This document shows, one piece after another, positions 10,290 to 20,547 of a stretch of DNA of 64,000 nt. The stretch lies in NCBI GenBank assembly GCA_963799845.1, contig CAWCYI010000004.1, positions 1,088,001-1,152,000 of the forward strand, written 5' to 3'. Position 1 is the first letter of the stretch. Each line of letters starts with the position of its first letter. Origin of the DNA: an uncultured Nitrososphaerota archaeon (lineage in GTDB: Archaea; Thermoproteota; Nitrososphaeria; Nitrososphaerales; CADDZS01). The notes beneath the pieces are model-generated. The model saw only the letters and a program-made list of their open reading frames with translations. It made no database searches and was not told the DNA's origin. The position numbers and the translations under genes are program-made.

Positions 10290-12071
10290 TCAAATCCAAA
10301 TGCCAGAAATGATGACGGTTACCGCCAGATGACAGTCTCGTCGGCCGGGCTGTGTCCGGAGTAATAAAACTCCACCTCGTAGTTTCCGAGATAAGAAAAA
10401 GTCATTCCTTTGTAGGTCTCCCCGAAAGTGTAGAGACTCTTCCAGAAGGAATGTGAACCGTTGATGTACGAGGCCGCAGAGATGCAACCGCGGGTGCCGT
10501 TCAGGTACTATGTTCGGGCACTCGACAAAGACATGCCAGTTTCCATCCGTTATTGGATATGCGCTCGAAACTCCAAACTGATAGAACGGAGCGTAGCCGA
10601 TAGGAGGATTGCCCGCTCCAAGCAAGCCGGCATCCCAGTAATGATTCTCTATCTTTGGCGGAGTGAAGCTGTCGTAGAGAATCCAGGGAGTCACGCTTCC
10701 GTTGCTCTCGTAGTGAATCCGGTAAAACCATTGAATGTCCTGGGAGTTAGTCCAGTTCATTTGAAGCTCAACCCAGTTTGACAGTGCTCCCGCGGGCAAG
10801 TCCGACGATCCAAGATGCAGCAGCTGCTGCCAGCTGTAGCCACCGCACGCCATGATGTAGTCGCATGCCCACCAAGCTCTTGCCAGGACCGCTTCGGTCC
10901 CGTTGCTGAACTCGATTACATCGGCACGATAGGCGAGATCCAATCCATCCTTACAGCAGTTGGGCGATTGATCTCCGACTCCGGCGGCGAGAAAATCGTT
11001 CGGGTACTCATTTTGCGAGATGGTGGTATTCCCTAGACTCACGTTGATTCCGACTGATTGCGATACCACTCTCGGTATCGCCAGATAACCCGCAGAGTAC
11101 ACAAACGTGTGGCCCACCTCCAGAGGAGAGAAAGCAGAATTGGAGACTCCGGAAAACCCGTTCATGACTGACAACTGATAACTCCCGGTGAAGAAGAGGC
11201 TCAAGAGTAAGACGATTGCCACAGCCATGGTTGCGGCAGTTATAATTCCGGGCGCCTTCCTAGCAAGTCCGTTAGAAGTCAAAACAGCTCGTCGCCTCTG
11301 AATTTCGAGAACAATTGCAGGAGCGCAAAATGCAGCGGCGAGCAGGAATATCGATACGATTGACGTTGGATAGTTAGTACAGTTCTCGCACGGAATCTCT
11401 ACGCCGAGACCGATCGCAAGGATCACGCCAGAAATGCCAGCGAAGAGCTTCGAAGCAACTCCGCTCATGGTTCCACGATCGAGAATCCACATCGAACCAG
11501 CTAGGCCGGCTGGTGCTCCAGCGAGAAACCACTGGAGATAATTTACCGGATAGTCCGCGCTCACGCCGGCAAATATGTGCATGACCGGAAAGAAACTTAG
11601 GGCAAAGCCAGTGAGTGCCGTTACGCCCAGTTGAAATGGCATGTCAATTGTAGATCGTTTCAGATTGCTCCATGTCTTCATAGAAGCGGAAGAGGTTATC
11701 ACCGCCAGGGAGGCAAACAGCAGAAAGTCTCTTAGGGGTCCGAGTCCGTCGGTTGAACTAATGTAACATTCCTTCATCGTGCACAGGGGTGCGACGTATA
11801 CTGTGACAGTAAATATCAACGACCCAAACAGCGGCGGAAGAATGACAGCCTTTGTGTTTCTGCCCACAACAAGGGCGGCCACGACTCCGGCAACGCAGAA
11901 CCATATGATGTCAAACCAGAACCTATCGACTGAAAAAGTGCCGAAAGTGGGGCTGGCTATTGCGTAATAGTGGTAGGTGAGCTTCTCGAAGACTATGGGT
12001 GGAATGGAAAGGATTACTGTTGCCAGTATTACTCGAAACAGCAGGTTCTTCTGGGTAACGACCTTGCACAT
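10290..12071 (-). CDS. multi-pass membrane protein with a C-terminal extracellular beta-sandwich domain; frameshifts near the 3' end
   Basis: About 9-10 TM segments, then a Cys/Trp-rich soluble domain. An alternative frame after CPNIV reads LNGTRGCISAASYINGSHSFWK. Confidence 0.7.
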   Translation of the reverse strand: MCKVVTQKNLLFRVILATVILSIPPIVFEKLTYHYYAIASPTFGTFSVDRFWFDIIWFCVAGVVAALVVGRNTKAVILPPLFGSLIFTVTVYVAPLCTMKECYISSTDGLGPLRDFLLFASLAVITSSASMKTWSNLKRSTIDMPFQLGVTALTGFALSFFPVMHIFAGVSADYPVNYLQWFLAGAPAGLAGSMWILDRGTMSGVASKLFAGISGVILAIGLGVEIPCENCTNYPTSIVSIFLLAAAFCAPAIVLEIQRRRAVLTSNGLARKAPGIITAATMAVAIVLLLSLFFTGSYQLSVMNGFSGVSNSAFSPLEVGHTFVYSAGYLAIPRVVSQSVGINVSLGNTTISQNEYPNDFLAAGVGDQSPNCCKDGLDLAYRADVIEFSNGTEAVLARAWWACDYIMACGGYSWQQLLHLGSSDLPAGALSNWVELQMNWTNSQDIQWFYRIHYESNGSVTPWILYDSFTPPKIENHYWDAGLLGAGNPPIGYAPFYQFGVSSAYPITDGNWHVFVECPNIVPERHPRLHLCGLVHQRFTFLLEESLHFRGDLQRNDFFLSRKLRGGVLLLRTQPGRRDCHLAVTVIISGIWI

Positions 12072-12074
12072 GTG

Positions 12075-12479
12075 TTACTCTCTCTCGAGCTGTTCGATCT
12101 TTCTCGCCAAGATGCCCCTGATCTCGAATTCGAGCTTCGAAACTATTTCGTATGTTTGATCGTCCAGCAGATGTCTCATCCGATCGAGCGCGATTCGGAT
12201 CACAGTCTGTTCCCTCCTTAGATCACTTGTCCTCGATCTCTTTCCTAGTAAAACCGTCGTTTCGTCCTTCGGCCTTTTGTCAGGTTGAGCATCCAGCCGC
12301 AATTTTCTCGATTCGTCTTCGTAATACGATCGTACAAGCGTGATACCGAATGCAATCATGCTATCATAAGTCAACGATTTCAAGTTCGCACTTGTTCGTC
12401 CTCGCAGACCCTTTTCCAAGTCTTTTGAGAGCCGGTCTAGTTCTTTTATGGTCTTGTTGGTAATTGGAATCTTGGGCAT
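12075..12479 (-). CDS. hypothetical cytoplasmic protein with a possible ribbon-helix-helix-like N-terminus
   Basis: MPKIPITNKTIKELDRL strand-helix pattern; stop lies 3 nt before the next ATG. Confidence 0.55.
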   Translation of the reverse strand: MPKIPITNKTIKELDRLSKDLEKGLRGRTSANLKSLTYDSMIAFGITLVRSYYEDESRKLRLDAQPDKRPKDETTVLLGKRSRTSDLRREQTVIRIALDRMRHLLDDQTYEIVSKLEFEIRGILARKIEQLERE

Positions 12480-12600
12480 ACTTTCTCACTGGCAATATTT
12501 CAACTAAAAGTGCTATGGCGGTCAAGGATCATCTTTTATCGGAGAGTCGTCAGAACCTTAATAGCAATCTATCAAGTTTTGAGTCTCGATTGGGCAAATC

Positions 12601-13452
12601 TTGGCAAGCGAAACTGAATACCATCGATTTCGCGCAGGGAAAGATATGGAGACAGAACGTCTCGAATTGCAGGCTAAATCCTTCCGTGATTCCATCCAAA
12701 AGCAAATATCGTTACTTGGAATCAAGAAGGACAGCAACGTTCTCGATGCTGGTTGTGGAACAGGATCATTTGCCAGAGCGATCGCACCTCTCGTTTCACC
12801 CACGAAAGTAAGAGCGATTGACATCGAACCTATCTTCATTGAAGAAGCAAAAAGACTCTCAAGAATAAATGGAATCCCAAACATCGAATTTGAAATAGGC
12901 GACATTCAAAACCTTGGATTTCCAGATAAGACATTCGATCTTTCATATACCAAGTTCGTGTTTTCTCACCTGACGAATCCGATGAAATCTATTTCCGAAT
13001 TGATCCGAGTCACCAGAAAGGGAGGAATTATCGCTTCAGTTGACGAAGGAGGTTTGTTCGTCCATCCTCCGACATCGCTTGACAAATTCTTCGCATTATT
13101 TGAAAAGATGGCGCAGTGGCGCAAAGTAGCGCAGGCGCCGAATATGCATTCTTCAGAAAACATTGGAAAAGAACTTTTTCGGCAATTTAGTTCCAGTGGA
13201 TTGTCCAACGTAACCGTTTATCCCATTCCAACTTACGCATCTTCTTCGGAAAATCCTGGCATATTGAACGATCTCACGACCGTTGCTAGGCAAATGATTG
13301 AGATTTACAAGGACGAGATAATCGCGAGAGGTTTCCTGACCAAAACGGAATACGTTGAAGGAGTGAACGAACTTGAAAAATGGCTGCGGAGACCCGATGC
13401 GTTTTGGCTGGTCCTCACAATAATGACTGTGGGGACCGTAACGGATCCTTGA
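12601..13452 (+). CDS. class I SAM-dependent methyltransferase
   Basis: VLDAGCGTG motif I, AIDIE, GDIQNL, FD, RVTRKGG. Confidence 0.9.
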   Translation: MASETEYHRFRAGKDMETERLELQAKSFRDSIQKQISLLGIKKDSNVLDAGCGTGSFARAIAPLVSPTKVRAIDIEPIFIEEAKRLSRINGIPNIEFEIGDIQNLGFPDKTFDLSYTKFVFSHLTNPMKSISELIRVTRKGGIIASVDEGGLFVHPPTSLDKFFALFEKMAQWRKVAQAPNMHSSENIGKELFRQFSSSGLSNVTVYPIPTYASSSENPGILNDLTTVARQMIEIYKDEIIARGFLTKTEYVEGVNELEKWLRRPDAFWLVLTIMTVGTVTDP

Positions 13453-13679
13453 AGTCGAAGGGTATTTTTCCATCCGAAGACAGAATTCGGGCTCTACCAA
13501 AAAACAGCTATTTAGTGAATGGAAAATTCGAGCACCGGGAGATTCCGTTTCAAATTATCAATGACTTGATCTGATACTTTACTTGGATTGATTCTGTCGG
13601 AAGCAAACACTCTCTGTTCTAATTCGAGAAACAATCTCAATGCTATGTAGGTTCAAATAATACAGCTACAAACATCTGT

Positions 13680-14519
13680 TTGGATAGATTTTTGCAATCA
13701 CGGCTCGCGGCACTCGTCGCCGCCATTATAGTACTTGCATTGGCGATAGGGGCAACTATGGGATACACTTTCTCCTCGCAAAGAACATCCACTGTAACTG
13801 ATACCGCGACTATAATAAGCTCGCAAACCTCTTCGGTAACCCCCATACAGTTAGATTCTACAACGGTTTCTCAGACGACCACTATTTACCAAACAGTCAC
13901 ACGAGTGGTAGCCGGTGCCGAAAATGAATGCGAATTTACCGAAACTTGCAGCGTTCAAAGTCCTCTGGGTCTCGAACTGTTGCTCTCGGTAAACTCGACT
14001 CAACTCAGTCCAAACAACAGCATTTCCCTGAACATTACCGAGGTCAACATTCTTTCGACCGCAAACAACGTATCATTTTCCAATGCGTGGGCGATTGAAG
14101 GATTGGAGCAAATGTGTGTTTTTGAACCCGCTACAGGTTTCGCAGTATTCAGTGGATACTTTGCACTGAACAATCTTTCTTCCGCAAAGCCACTCGATCT
14201 TTGGCCAATAGTTCCGGAGTGTCCCGCCTCGTTCATATTCAATGGGACAACGATTGTTGGGATTTTGCAAAATGTGACGAGTTATTCGTTCCTTCCAAGA
14301 AGTGATGTCGCAAATTATTCCGCGTATTATATCCCAGAATCTTCCAATAATTCCGCGCTTTTGTTTGGCAAGTTTTCAATGTCAATGAGCACAATAAGAA
14401 ATATCTTTACGAACAATTCCTCGGAACCCACACTTAACTCGGTCGCACCAGCCGTTTACACTCTTGCTGTTGGCGATGAGTGGGGTGATCTTGTCTTGCT
14501 TCACTTTTCAGTAACTTAA
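13680..14519 (+). CDS. membrane-anchored GDEWG-domain protein
   Basis: TM helix, Thr stalk, LELLLSVNS...VYTLAVGDEWGDLVLLHFSV. Confidence 0.8.
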   Translation: MDRFLQSRLAALVAAIIVLALAIGATMGYTFSSQRTSTVTDTATIISSQTSSVTPIQLDSTTVSQTTTIYQTVTRVVAGAENECEFTETCSVQSPLGLELLLSVNSTQLSPNNSISLNITEVNILSTANNVSFSNAWAIEGLEQMCVFEPATGFAVFSGYFALNNLSSAKPLDLWPIVPECPASFIFNGTTIVGILQNVTSYSFLPRSDVANYSAYYIPESSNNSALLFGKFSMSMSTIRNIFTNNSSEPTLNSVAPAVYTLAVGDEWGDLVLLHFSVT

Positions 14520-14563
14520 CCAACAGAGCCGTATTCATAAGTTTCTAAAACAAGTGAAGGCAA

Positions 14564-14824
14564 TTGGAACGTAGGATTCTGATTTTTATTATCTCAGTAA
14601 TTGCAATTATAATTGTCATCTCTCTATTTTTTACAACTTCTTACAACCCTGATAACATGCTAACCGAAACAGTCTGTAGCGAAGTTGCCACAACTGTTGT
14701 TGGCGCAACACACGTAATTTCCAATTCTACGGGAGAAACAAGTTACACAGTATCAATGACATTAACTTACACAACAATTTCCACTATGATATATCACGCA
14801 GGAACTATGCCCTTATGTCCCTAG
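14564..14824 (+). CDS. small membrane-anchored Thr-rich protein with a Cys pair
   Basis: TM helix; C...C enclosing a Thr-rich segment. Confidence 0.55.
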   Translation: MERRILIFIISVIAIIIVISLFFTTSYNPDNMLTETVCSEVATTVVGATHVISNSTGETSYTVSMTLTYTTISTMIYHAGTMPLCP

Positions 14825-14877
14825 AATAACTGGCTTCTTACCCATCCTAACCTTAACGCACCTAACTTCCTAGATTG

Positions 14878-15390
14878 TTAATGTCTGTTTCTTTCAACTA
14901 GCTCCTGTTGTTGGCTGTGACTTTCACGTTGTAGTCTAATGCCGCCGATAGTGTACAGGACTATAGCGGCGGCAACCACCAGCAGCCCAATATCGGGAAC
15001 AGGAGCATAACAAGTGGAACCACAATCCAATTGCGAAAAGAAACTCAAGAATCCAAGCAAAAGAACGATATCGAGTATCATCACCGAGCCTGCCGCAATG
15101 GTTAGTCGACGTGAGTCCCATCGTTTGAAAATGACTACTACGCCCATGAGTAGCCCAACGACGTACAGAAATCCTGTGAAAATATTGTAATACAAAATAT
15201 TGAATCCGGGGCCAGCAATTATTGCTCCCGCGGAATAATACGTCGCTGAACCGTTGTAAGGCGTTGGAAGATAGAAAACCGGAATGAAAAGTCCTACAGC
15301 GACTAAGATAAGGAGAAACAAATAGGTAATTCTCTCTCTTGATAAGTCAAAGGTAGATCTGCGGATCCCAAATTTTTCCTTGTTCTGCAT
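14878..15390 (-). CDS. 4-TM membrane protein with a CGSTC loop
   Basis: Four hydrophobic segments. Confidence 0.7.
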   Translation of the reverse strand: MQNKEKFGIRRSTFDLSRERITYLFLLILVAVGLFIPVFYLPTPYNGSATYYSAGAIIAGPGFNILYYNIFTGFLYVVGLLMGVVVIFKRWDSRRLTIAAGSVMILDIVLLLGFLSFFSQLDCGSTCYAPVPDIGLLVVAAAIVLYTIGGIRLQRESHSQQQELVERNRH

Positions 15391-15412
15391 GGTTACACAC
15401 TCTTAGATCTTT

Positions 15413-16519
15413 TCAACCAGCATACTGAAACAAAAACTGCTGCTCCGAATATACTGTCCCGTTGTGTTCGTAGCCAATGAAAATAGCATAATTTCCTGGA
15501 CTGAGATGATCCGTATTGGCAGTCAACTCAATGCTACAAAACTGCCACGGAGAGTTTATAGAATCGTGCAGAGTTGAGGCTGTCTCGTTTGCTGTGATGT
15601 ATGGCGAGCTGGTGTTAACATAGAAACTCCCTGGCAATAGAGCAGTAATATTTCCAATGTGAATCGAGTAATTCACCCCGATCGAGGGATTGGAATGAGA
15701 CGTCGATCCGCCTGTTGAATTTAGAGCGCTATATGTATCATTTGCAGGACCTGCAATTGAAGGATAGGCGATGCCCAACCCCGTTACACCAATGATACTC
15801 TCGCCCATGTTCTGGTCGGATGTGGTACAACCATAGTTCGATGAGAGACTGGGAGAATTGAGAAACTGCCGAAAGTTATCTCCTCCTATTTGGGATGGGG
15901 AAAATCCAATGGCCAGAGGAAATAGACTCGGGCAGAAAAGTGGTGTTTCCAGCAGATAGAAACCGTCAACTGAATCATTGGATCTTATTGTGTAGGAAAC
16001 GACTGCGCTTGATTCATAAGAATTTAGTACAAAGTGGCTCCGGCTCGCAGTAACACCGACCGCCTGAGCTTGCAAAAGATAGGACGCGTTCCCATTTTCC
16101 AAAGTCACGGAAGATGAAGATGAAGACTCATTTTGCGGTTGAGCAAGCCAAACGGCAGGATTAATTGATTGCGAAAATGGTGTCGCCGTTTCTGGCTCCG
16201 CATAATAAATTACACACAATGTCGCGGATGAGCTAGCATTCATCAATAAGACAGTGAACTTTGCCTCTTGCGAGAAATTATTGCTTGGAAAGGGAGTCGG
16301 AGGATACGCGGTAGTACAACCTCCCGTGCCGGCATTATTCACCGGTGAGATCCAAGGTGTGTGTGGTGCAGTCCCATAAAACGGAGCATAAACGAACCCC
16401 TGCCCTACACCGAAAATGATTACAAATGACAACATAATTGCAAGCATCAGTAGTACCCTAAAGCCAGTCAGCATAAGGTTGGTTGTGCACTGTACAAGCA
16501 AAAATTGCGTGGGAGCCAC
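15413..16519 (-). CDS. secreted Cys-containing multidomain protein of unknown function
   Basis: Signal/TM helix, many NxS/T sequons, FCPSLFPLAIG motif. Start is probably downstream of 16519. Confidence 0.7.
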   Translation of the reverse strand: MAPTQFLLVQCTTNLMLTGFRVLLMLAIMLSFVIIFGVGQGFVYAPFYGTAPHTPWISPVNNAGTGGCTTAYPPTPFPSNNFSQEAKFTVLLMNASSSATLCVIYYAEPETATPFSQSINPAVWLAQPQNESSSSSSVTLENGNASYLLQAQAVGVTASRSHFVLNSYESSAVVSYTIRSNDSVDGFYLLETPLFCPSLFPLAIGFSPSQIGGDNFRQFLNSPSLSSNYGCTTSDQNMGESIIGVTGLGIAYPSIAGPANDTYSALNSTGGSTSHSNPSIGVNYSIHIGNITALLPGSFYVNTSSPYITANETASTLHDSINSPWQFCSIELTANTDHLSPGNYAIFIGYEHNGTVYSEQQFLFQYAG

Positions 16520-16792
16520 TTAAATTCTTGCTACCATAAAATGGACGTGGAATACATCTAGACTGCCGATTGGCAGTCCATCTGCCCCTAGGAGACTGCG
16601 CGCTTAATGCTAGAACTTTGCAACTCGACCGAGCCTTTTGGAGAAGTTAAGCTGCAAGAGGAAATGATTTCGTGAATTGCTTTGTCGAATTGCGCGATGC
16701 ATCTGCTCTGGTGATCAAAGCAGAAATTCTATACTAAAACATGAAATATCTCGTGACTGTATGAAATAGGTTTGCGGTAGCGAGATGCAAAA

Positions 16793-18572
16793 GTGACAGC
16801 CGTTAGGAACAAGTTTGTGATCGCAATAGTCGCTGCAATAATTGTTATCTCGGCTGTTGTGAGTGCTTATCTCATCTCGGGAACCTCGACCACGCTTGCA
16901 GTGCAAACCACAGGCGTGACTACAAATACAACATCATCTGCTGTCGAAACAACAGTTGCTGAGACCAGGAATTCTACCTTGGACTTGGAACTTTCTCTCT
17001 CGATCAATTCCACAACTGTTGAAACAGGCCAGGCGATCAATATCTCCCTCTCGTTGCAGAATACATTGCCCCGAATTAACAACGTATCCGCCGAATGGAT
17101 TTGGGCATTTCCATCCCTGCTCAATTTTTCATATTCCATCTTGCCTTGCCCCAGATGGGATACCTTCCGAGTCTTCAACGGCTATTATTCGAAGAATAAC
17201 ATTTCAAGCGCCGCGCCTCTCTATCTCTAGCCGATAGCCGAAGGTTATCCCTTGTGTCCAAACTGGAATTTTAGCAACTATCTCTTCCAGCCTTCCAGCA
17301 GTACGGTGAACGTGAGTAACACTTCCCCTTCGAATTATGATAATTCATTCAGCACGGCAGAAAGCCACTCGCTAGCCGGCTATTACTTCCCGAATCAGGG
17401 TACACCGGGCTCAAACGAGTTTCCTCCCGCCACACCTTTTCCAGTCGGTGTCTTCACTATAGCTGCAGGAGATGAGTGGGGGCAACTCACGATCCTTCAC
17501 TTTAATGTAATGCAGGGCTCAAAGACAAATCAGACCGCTAGCTTCTCCACATGCCAGGCTGTCGGCAGAGTTAATTCTACGATATCGACCGGAGGAAACA
17601 CAATCGGCGGGCCGATCGCATACGATTCACACGACAACGAGATTTACGCGGCTGGCACGAGTTTCAACTACCAAGGACCCGGACAGTCAAATTCGGTTTA
17701 TGCAATCAATCCTTCGACTAATTCTTCAACTGCCGCGATCGCGGTTGGCAGCGAACCGACAGACATTGCTTTCGATCCGAACAACAACAATTTGTACGTC
17801 ACAAACTTTGGTTCAAATTCAGTTTCAGTAATTAGCGACGCTACGAACAAGATAATCGGAAACATTTCTGTCGGAGCAGGCCCGATCAGGATAACGTACC
17901 GATCCCTACAACAAGGAGCTCTACATCTCAAACCGCATTTCGGGCACGGTTTCCGTGATCAACGCAACAACAGATATGGTCGCATCAAACATCGTAGTAA
18001 GCGGTTCTCCATTCGAGATAGTCTATGACTCGTTCAATCACGATCTCTATGTCACCGATGGTGCGTCCGGAAACGTCACGATTATTGATAGCAGCTCAAA
18101 CAAAGTCGTGGGAGGTTTTTCTCTTGGACAGGGTTCGGGAATGATTGCATACGATTCTGCAAATAACTACATGTACTTTTTCCCGCAAGACTCGCAAGTG
18201 CTCTACATTATCAACGGTTCCAATAATCAGGTTGTCGGAAATGTAAGCGGGATATATGATTTGAATGCGATCGCTTACAACCCTTCGAATGATGACATCT
18301 ACGCCGCCGGGAATGCAACAGACGGATTTCTCTATATAATATCTGGCAGCTCCACTAACAGTAGCGAAATCGTTTCTTCGGTCTACGGGCAAGGCTGGGT
18401 GCCTGTCGATTTCGTGTACGTAAACGGTTCGATGTATCTTGGCACGAATTATGGAAACGCGATTTACGTTTTGACTACAGAGGGAACGAGCACAACATGT
18501 ACCAACTCTAACTCTACAGTGACTTACATAGGATCCATCGTGACTATGATTATTACAACTTCAGACGGTTGA
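16793..18572 (+). pseudogene. GDEWG domain + YVTN beta-propeller fusion, interrupted by an in-frame TAG (17228-17230) and a +1 frameshift (~17900)
   Basis: ORFs 16793..17230 and 17252.. share a frame (PLYL*PIAEGYPLCP); FTIAAGDEWG motif; LYVTNFGSNSVSVI blades continue in ORF 17955..18572. Confidence 0.8.
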
Positions 18573-18749
18573 ATTTACCAACCTATTCAATCATGAATTC
18601 ACTCTTTTCACGCAATCTAATCCTCATTCGAGCAGTTAGCCCTAATATTTGAAACTATACAGTAACAAAACAGTTTTCAGAGAAGGAAAAGGAATGGTCT
18701 TGGGTACTGTTCTAAAGACTAGAACCTTATAGGATGCCATCATTTGTAG

Positions 18750-19292
18750 TTGTTTGTCATGAATAAACTGGTTGTTGTCACGGGCGCTGTTGGAATAATC
18801 GCATTGATTATTGGTGTTGCAATAGGCACTCAAATTCCGATCAGATCCACGTTTCCAATAGTGAGCATCACTGCAACTTCAACCCTGACGGTTACGACAT
18901 CTTGCAGCACTACATTCAACAGCATCGCCTGCTTTACAATTAGCGGGAGTTCTACAGGAGAAAGTTCCTGTCAGTTCATTACCGATGCAGGTCTGTTCTT
19001 CATTCGAGTCCTGAATGATTCCGGCGCTCCGGTGGAGGGGGCCTCCATCTCGGCGAATTACAACGAACCATTTTGTCCTGGCATGACCGTGTACACATCA
19101 ACACGAAGCCCACTTATTACGAATGCGAGCGGCTGGGCAGTTGACGATTGGAGTTTAATTGGGAACTATACCTACTACATCAACAACGATTTCAATCATC
19201 CGGTTAATGTCTTCCTGACATACAACATGTCAACATATGTCAGCGTAAGAATTCCATCGTACAACATCACGACCCTCTACGAACCGGATTGA
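18750..19292 (+). CDS. membrane-anchored prealbumin-like (carboxypeptidase-regulatory-like) Cys module protein
   Basis: FIRVLNDSGAPVEGASI...TNASGWA. Confidence 0.7.
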   Translation: MFVMNKLVVVTGAVGIIALIIGVAIGTQIPIRSTFPIVSITATSTLTVTTSCSTTFNSIACFTISGSSTGESSCQFITDAGLFFIRVLNDSGAPVEGASISANYNEPFCPGMTVYTSTRSPLITNASGWAVDDWSLIGNYTYYINNDFNHPVNVFLTYNMSTYVSVRIPSYNITTLYEPD

Positions 19293-19389
19293 AAGAGCTA
19301 TCCAAGAACAGCCTGTTCTGCACCTGCTTTGGTGTAGTAAAAAAAGTAGCACTAAATACCAATGACATGCTTACCTACTCAGCGGGAAC

Positions 19390-20547
19390 ATGGCAGTATA
19401 TGGGAAAACGATCATTGCCTCAGGAATCGCAATAGTAGTTGCCTTGTCAGTTGTTTTGGGCTTTTACTTCATTCAGCCACAACTAGCGAGTCAGGGCGCA
19501 ACATCGACGACCAAGACTACCTCTGTGAATGTCAACGGGACCAATCAGTACTCTAACCTACCAAAGATTTCAAGCGCTGTAAATTCAAACTTAGGCCTGG
19601 AAATGTACGTTTCGTTGAATTCCACACTTGTTAATCCAGGTGAGAGTATGCTTGTGAACATCACCGAAATCAATACACTTTCCAGACAGAGTAACGTGTC
19701 CTCAGCTGGGGATTGGCCTATCAAGGGGCTCACTCTTAGCGCGTGCGGATCGCTAGGTTATCCAGTAGGGGCAGAAATCTTTCAGGGATACTACGATTCT
19801 TCCAATATCTCATCTGCAAATGCTCTGAGCCTCTTCGCCTCAGGCATCTACTCGTGTCCCGCGATCTTTAACGTGGAGTACTTTGTCTTTCAGCCGATGA
19901 GCGACAACGGTACGATCTTCGCAGACAACGGGAACGGCAGCGGTGTCCCGTGTTGTAACGCCATTCCCGGACAGCCATATCCAATCACAGGAATATTGAA
20001 TGTCGGAGGTTACTGGGACAGTCAAAACAAAGAACACAACCTAATCCCAGGAGTCTACACGGTCGCAGCGGGAGACGAGTGGGGAGACATTGTACTGCTG
20101 CATTTCATCGTAACCACGTCAGTCATCTCGGAGGCAACGACAGTTTTCGGTTCCGTTTCGGTGAGTGGTTCGAGCGCTCTTTCAACATGTACTCAACTCG
20201 AGACTGCCCCACTATTCCTGACAATAAAGGCAGCTTCAACTGGAGACCCAATAAATTCTGTTCCGATTACTGTCCAAAAGTTGACTCCTCAAAATCTTTG
20301 CGAAGACAATGGCAACGCTGGCTCCAACAGTTCTGATCTCGGCACAATGGAGACAGATGTAAACGGGACAATTGAATTGCAATGCTGCAGCGGTGATGAA
20401 TTCTTGTTCAACATAACCTATTCTGGAACTAGCTATTACTTCAATGCCATTTCCGAAGGAGCTGAAAGTGCCGAGTGCATTACTTTGTTCCTTCCAACTT
20501 TGGAAACAACTACAACGTACTCCCCACAGTTTCAGTATGAGTGCTAA
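19390..20547 (+). CDS. membrane-anchored GDEWG domain + prealbumin-like Cys module protein
   Basis: PGVYTVAAGDEWGDIVLLHFIV, then LFLTIKAASTGDPINSV...TDVNGTI. Confidence 0.85.
   Translation: MAVYGKTIIASGIAIVVALSVVLGFYFIQPQLASQGATSTTKTTSVNVNGTNQYSNLPKISSAVNSNLGLEMYVSLNSTLVNPGESMLVNITEINTLSRQSNVSSAGDWPIKGLTLSACGSLGYPVGAEIFQGYYDSSNISSANALSLFASGIYSCPAIFNVEYFVFQPMSDNGTIFADNGNGSGVPCCNAIPGQPYPITGILNVGGYWDSQNKEHNLIPGVYTVAAGDEWGDIVLLHFIVTTSVISEATTVFGSVSVSGSSALSTCTQLETAPLFLTIKAASTGDPINSVPITVQKLTPQNLCEDNGNAGSNSSDLGTMETDVNGTIELQCCSGDEFLFNITYSGTSYYFNAISEGAESAECITLFLPTLETTTTYSPQFQYEC

Noticed and set aside
14845-14870. CCTAAC-CTTAAC-gca-CCTAAC short tandem
   Set aside because: Only three degenerate hexamers between convergent genes; compatible with chance.
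6465-17230. Stop-codon recoding (Pyl/Sec or an alternative code) to explain the in-frame TGA and TAG
   Set aside because: TAG and TGA terminate many complete genes in the window. The TAG aligns to Trp in a paralogue, so point mutation is simpler.
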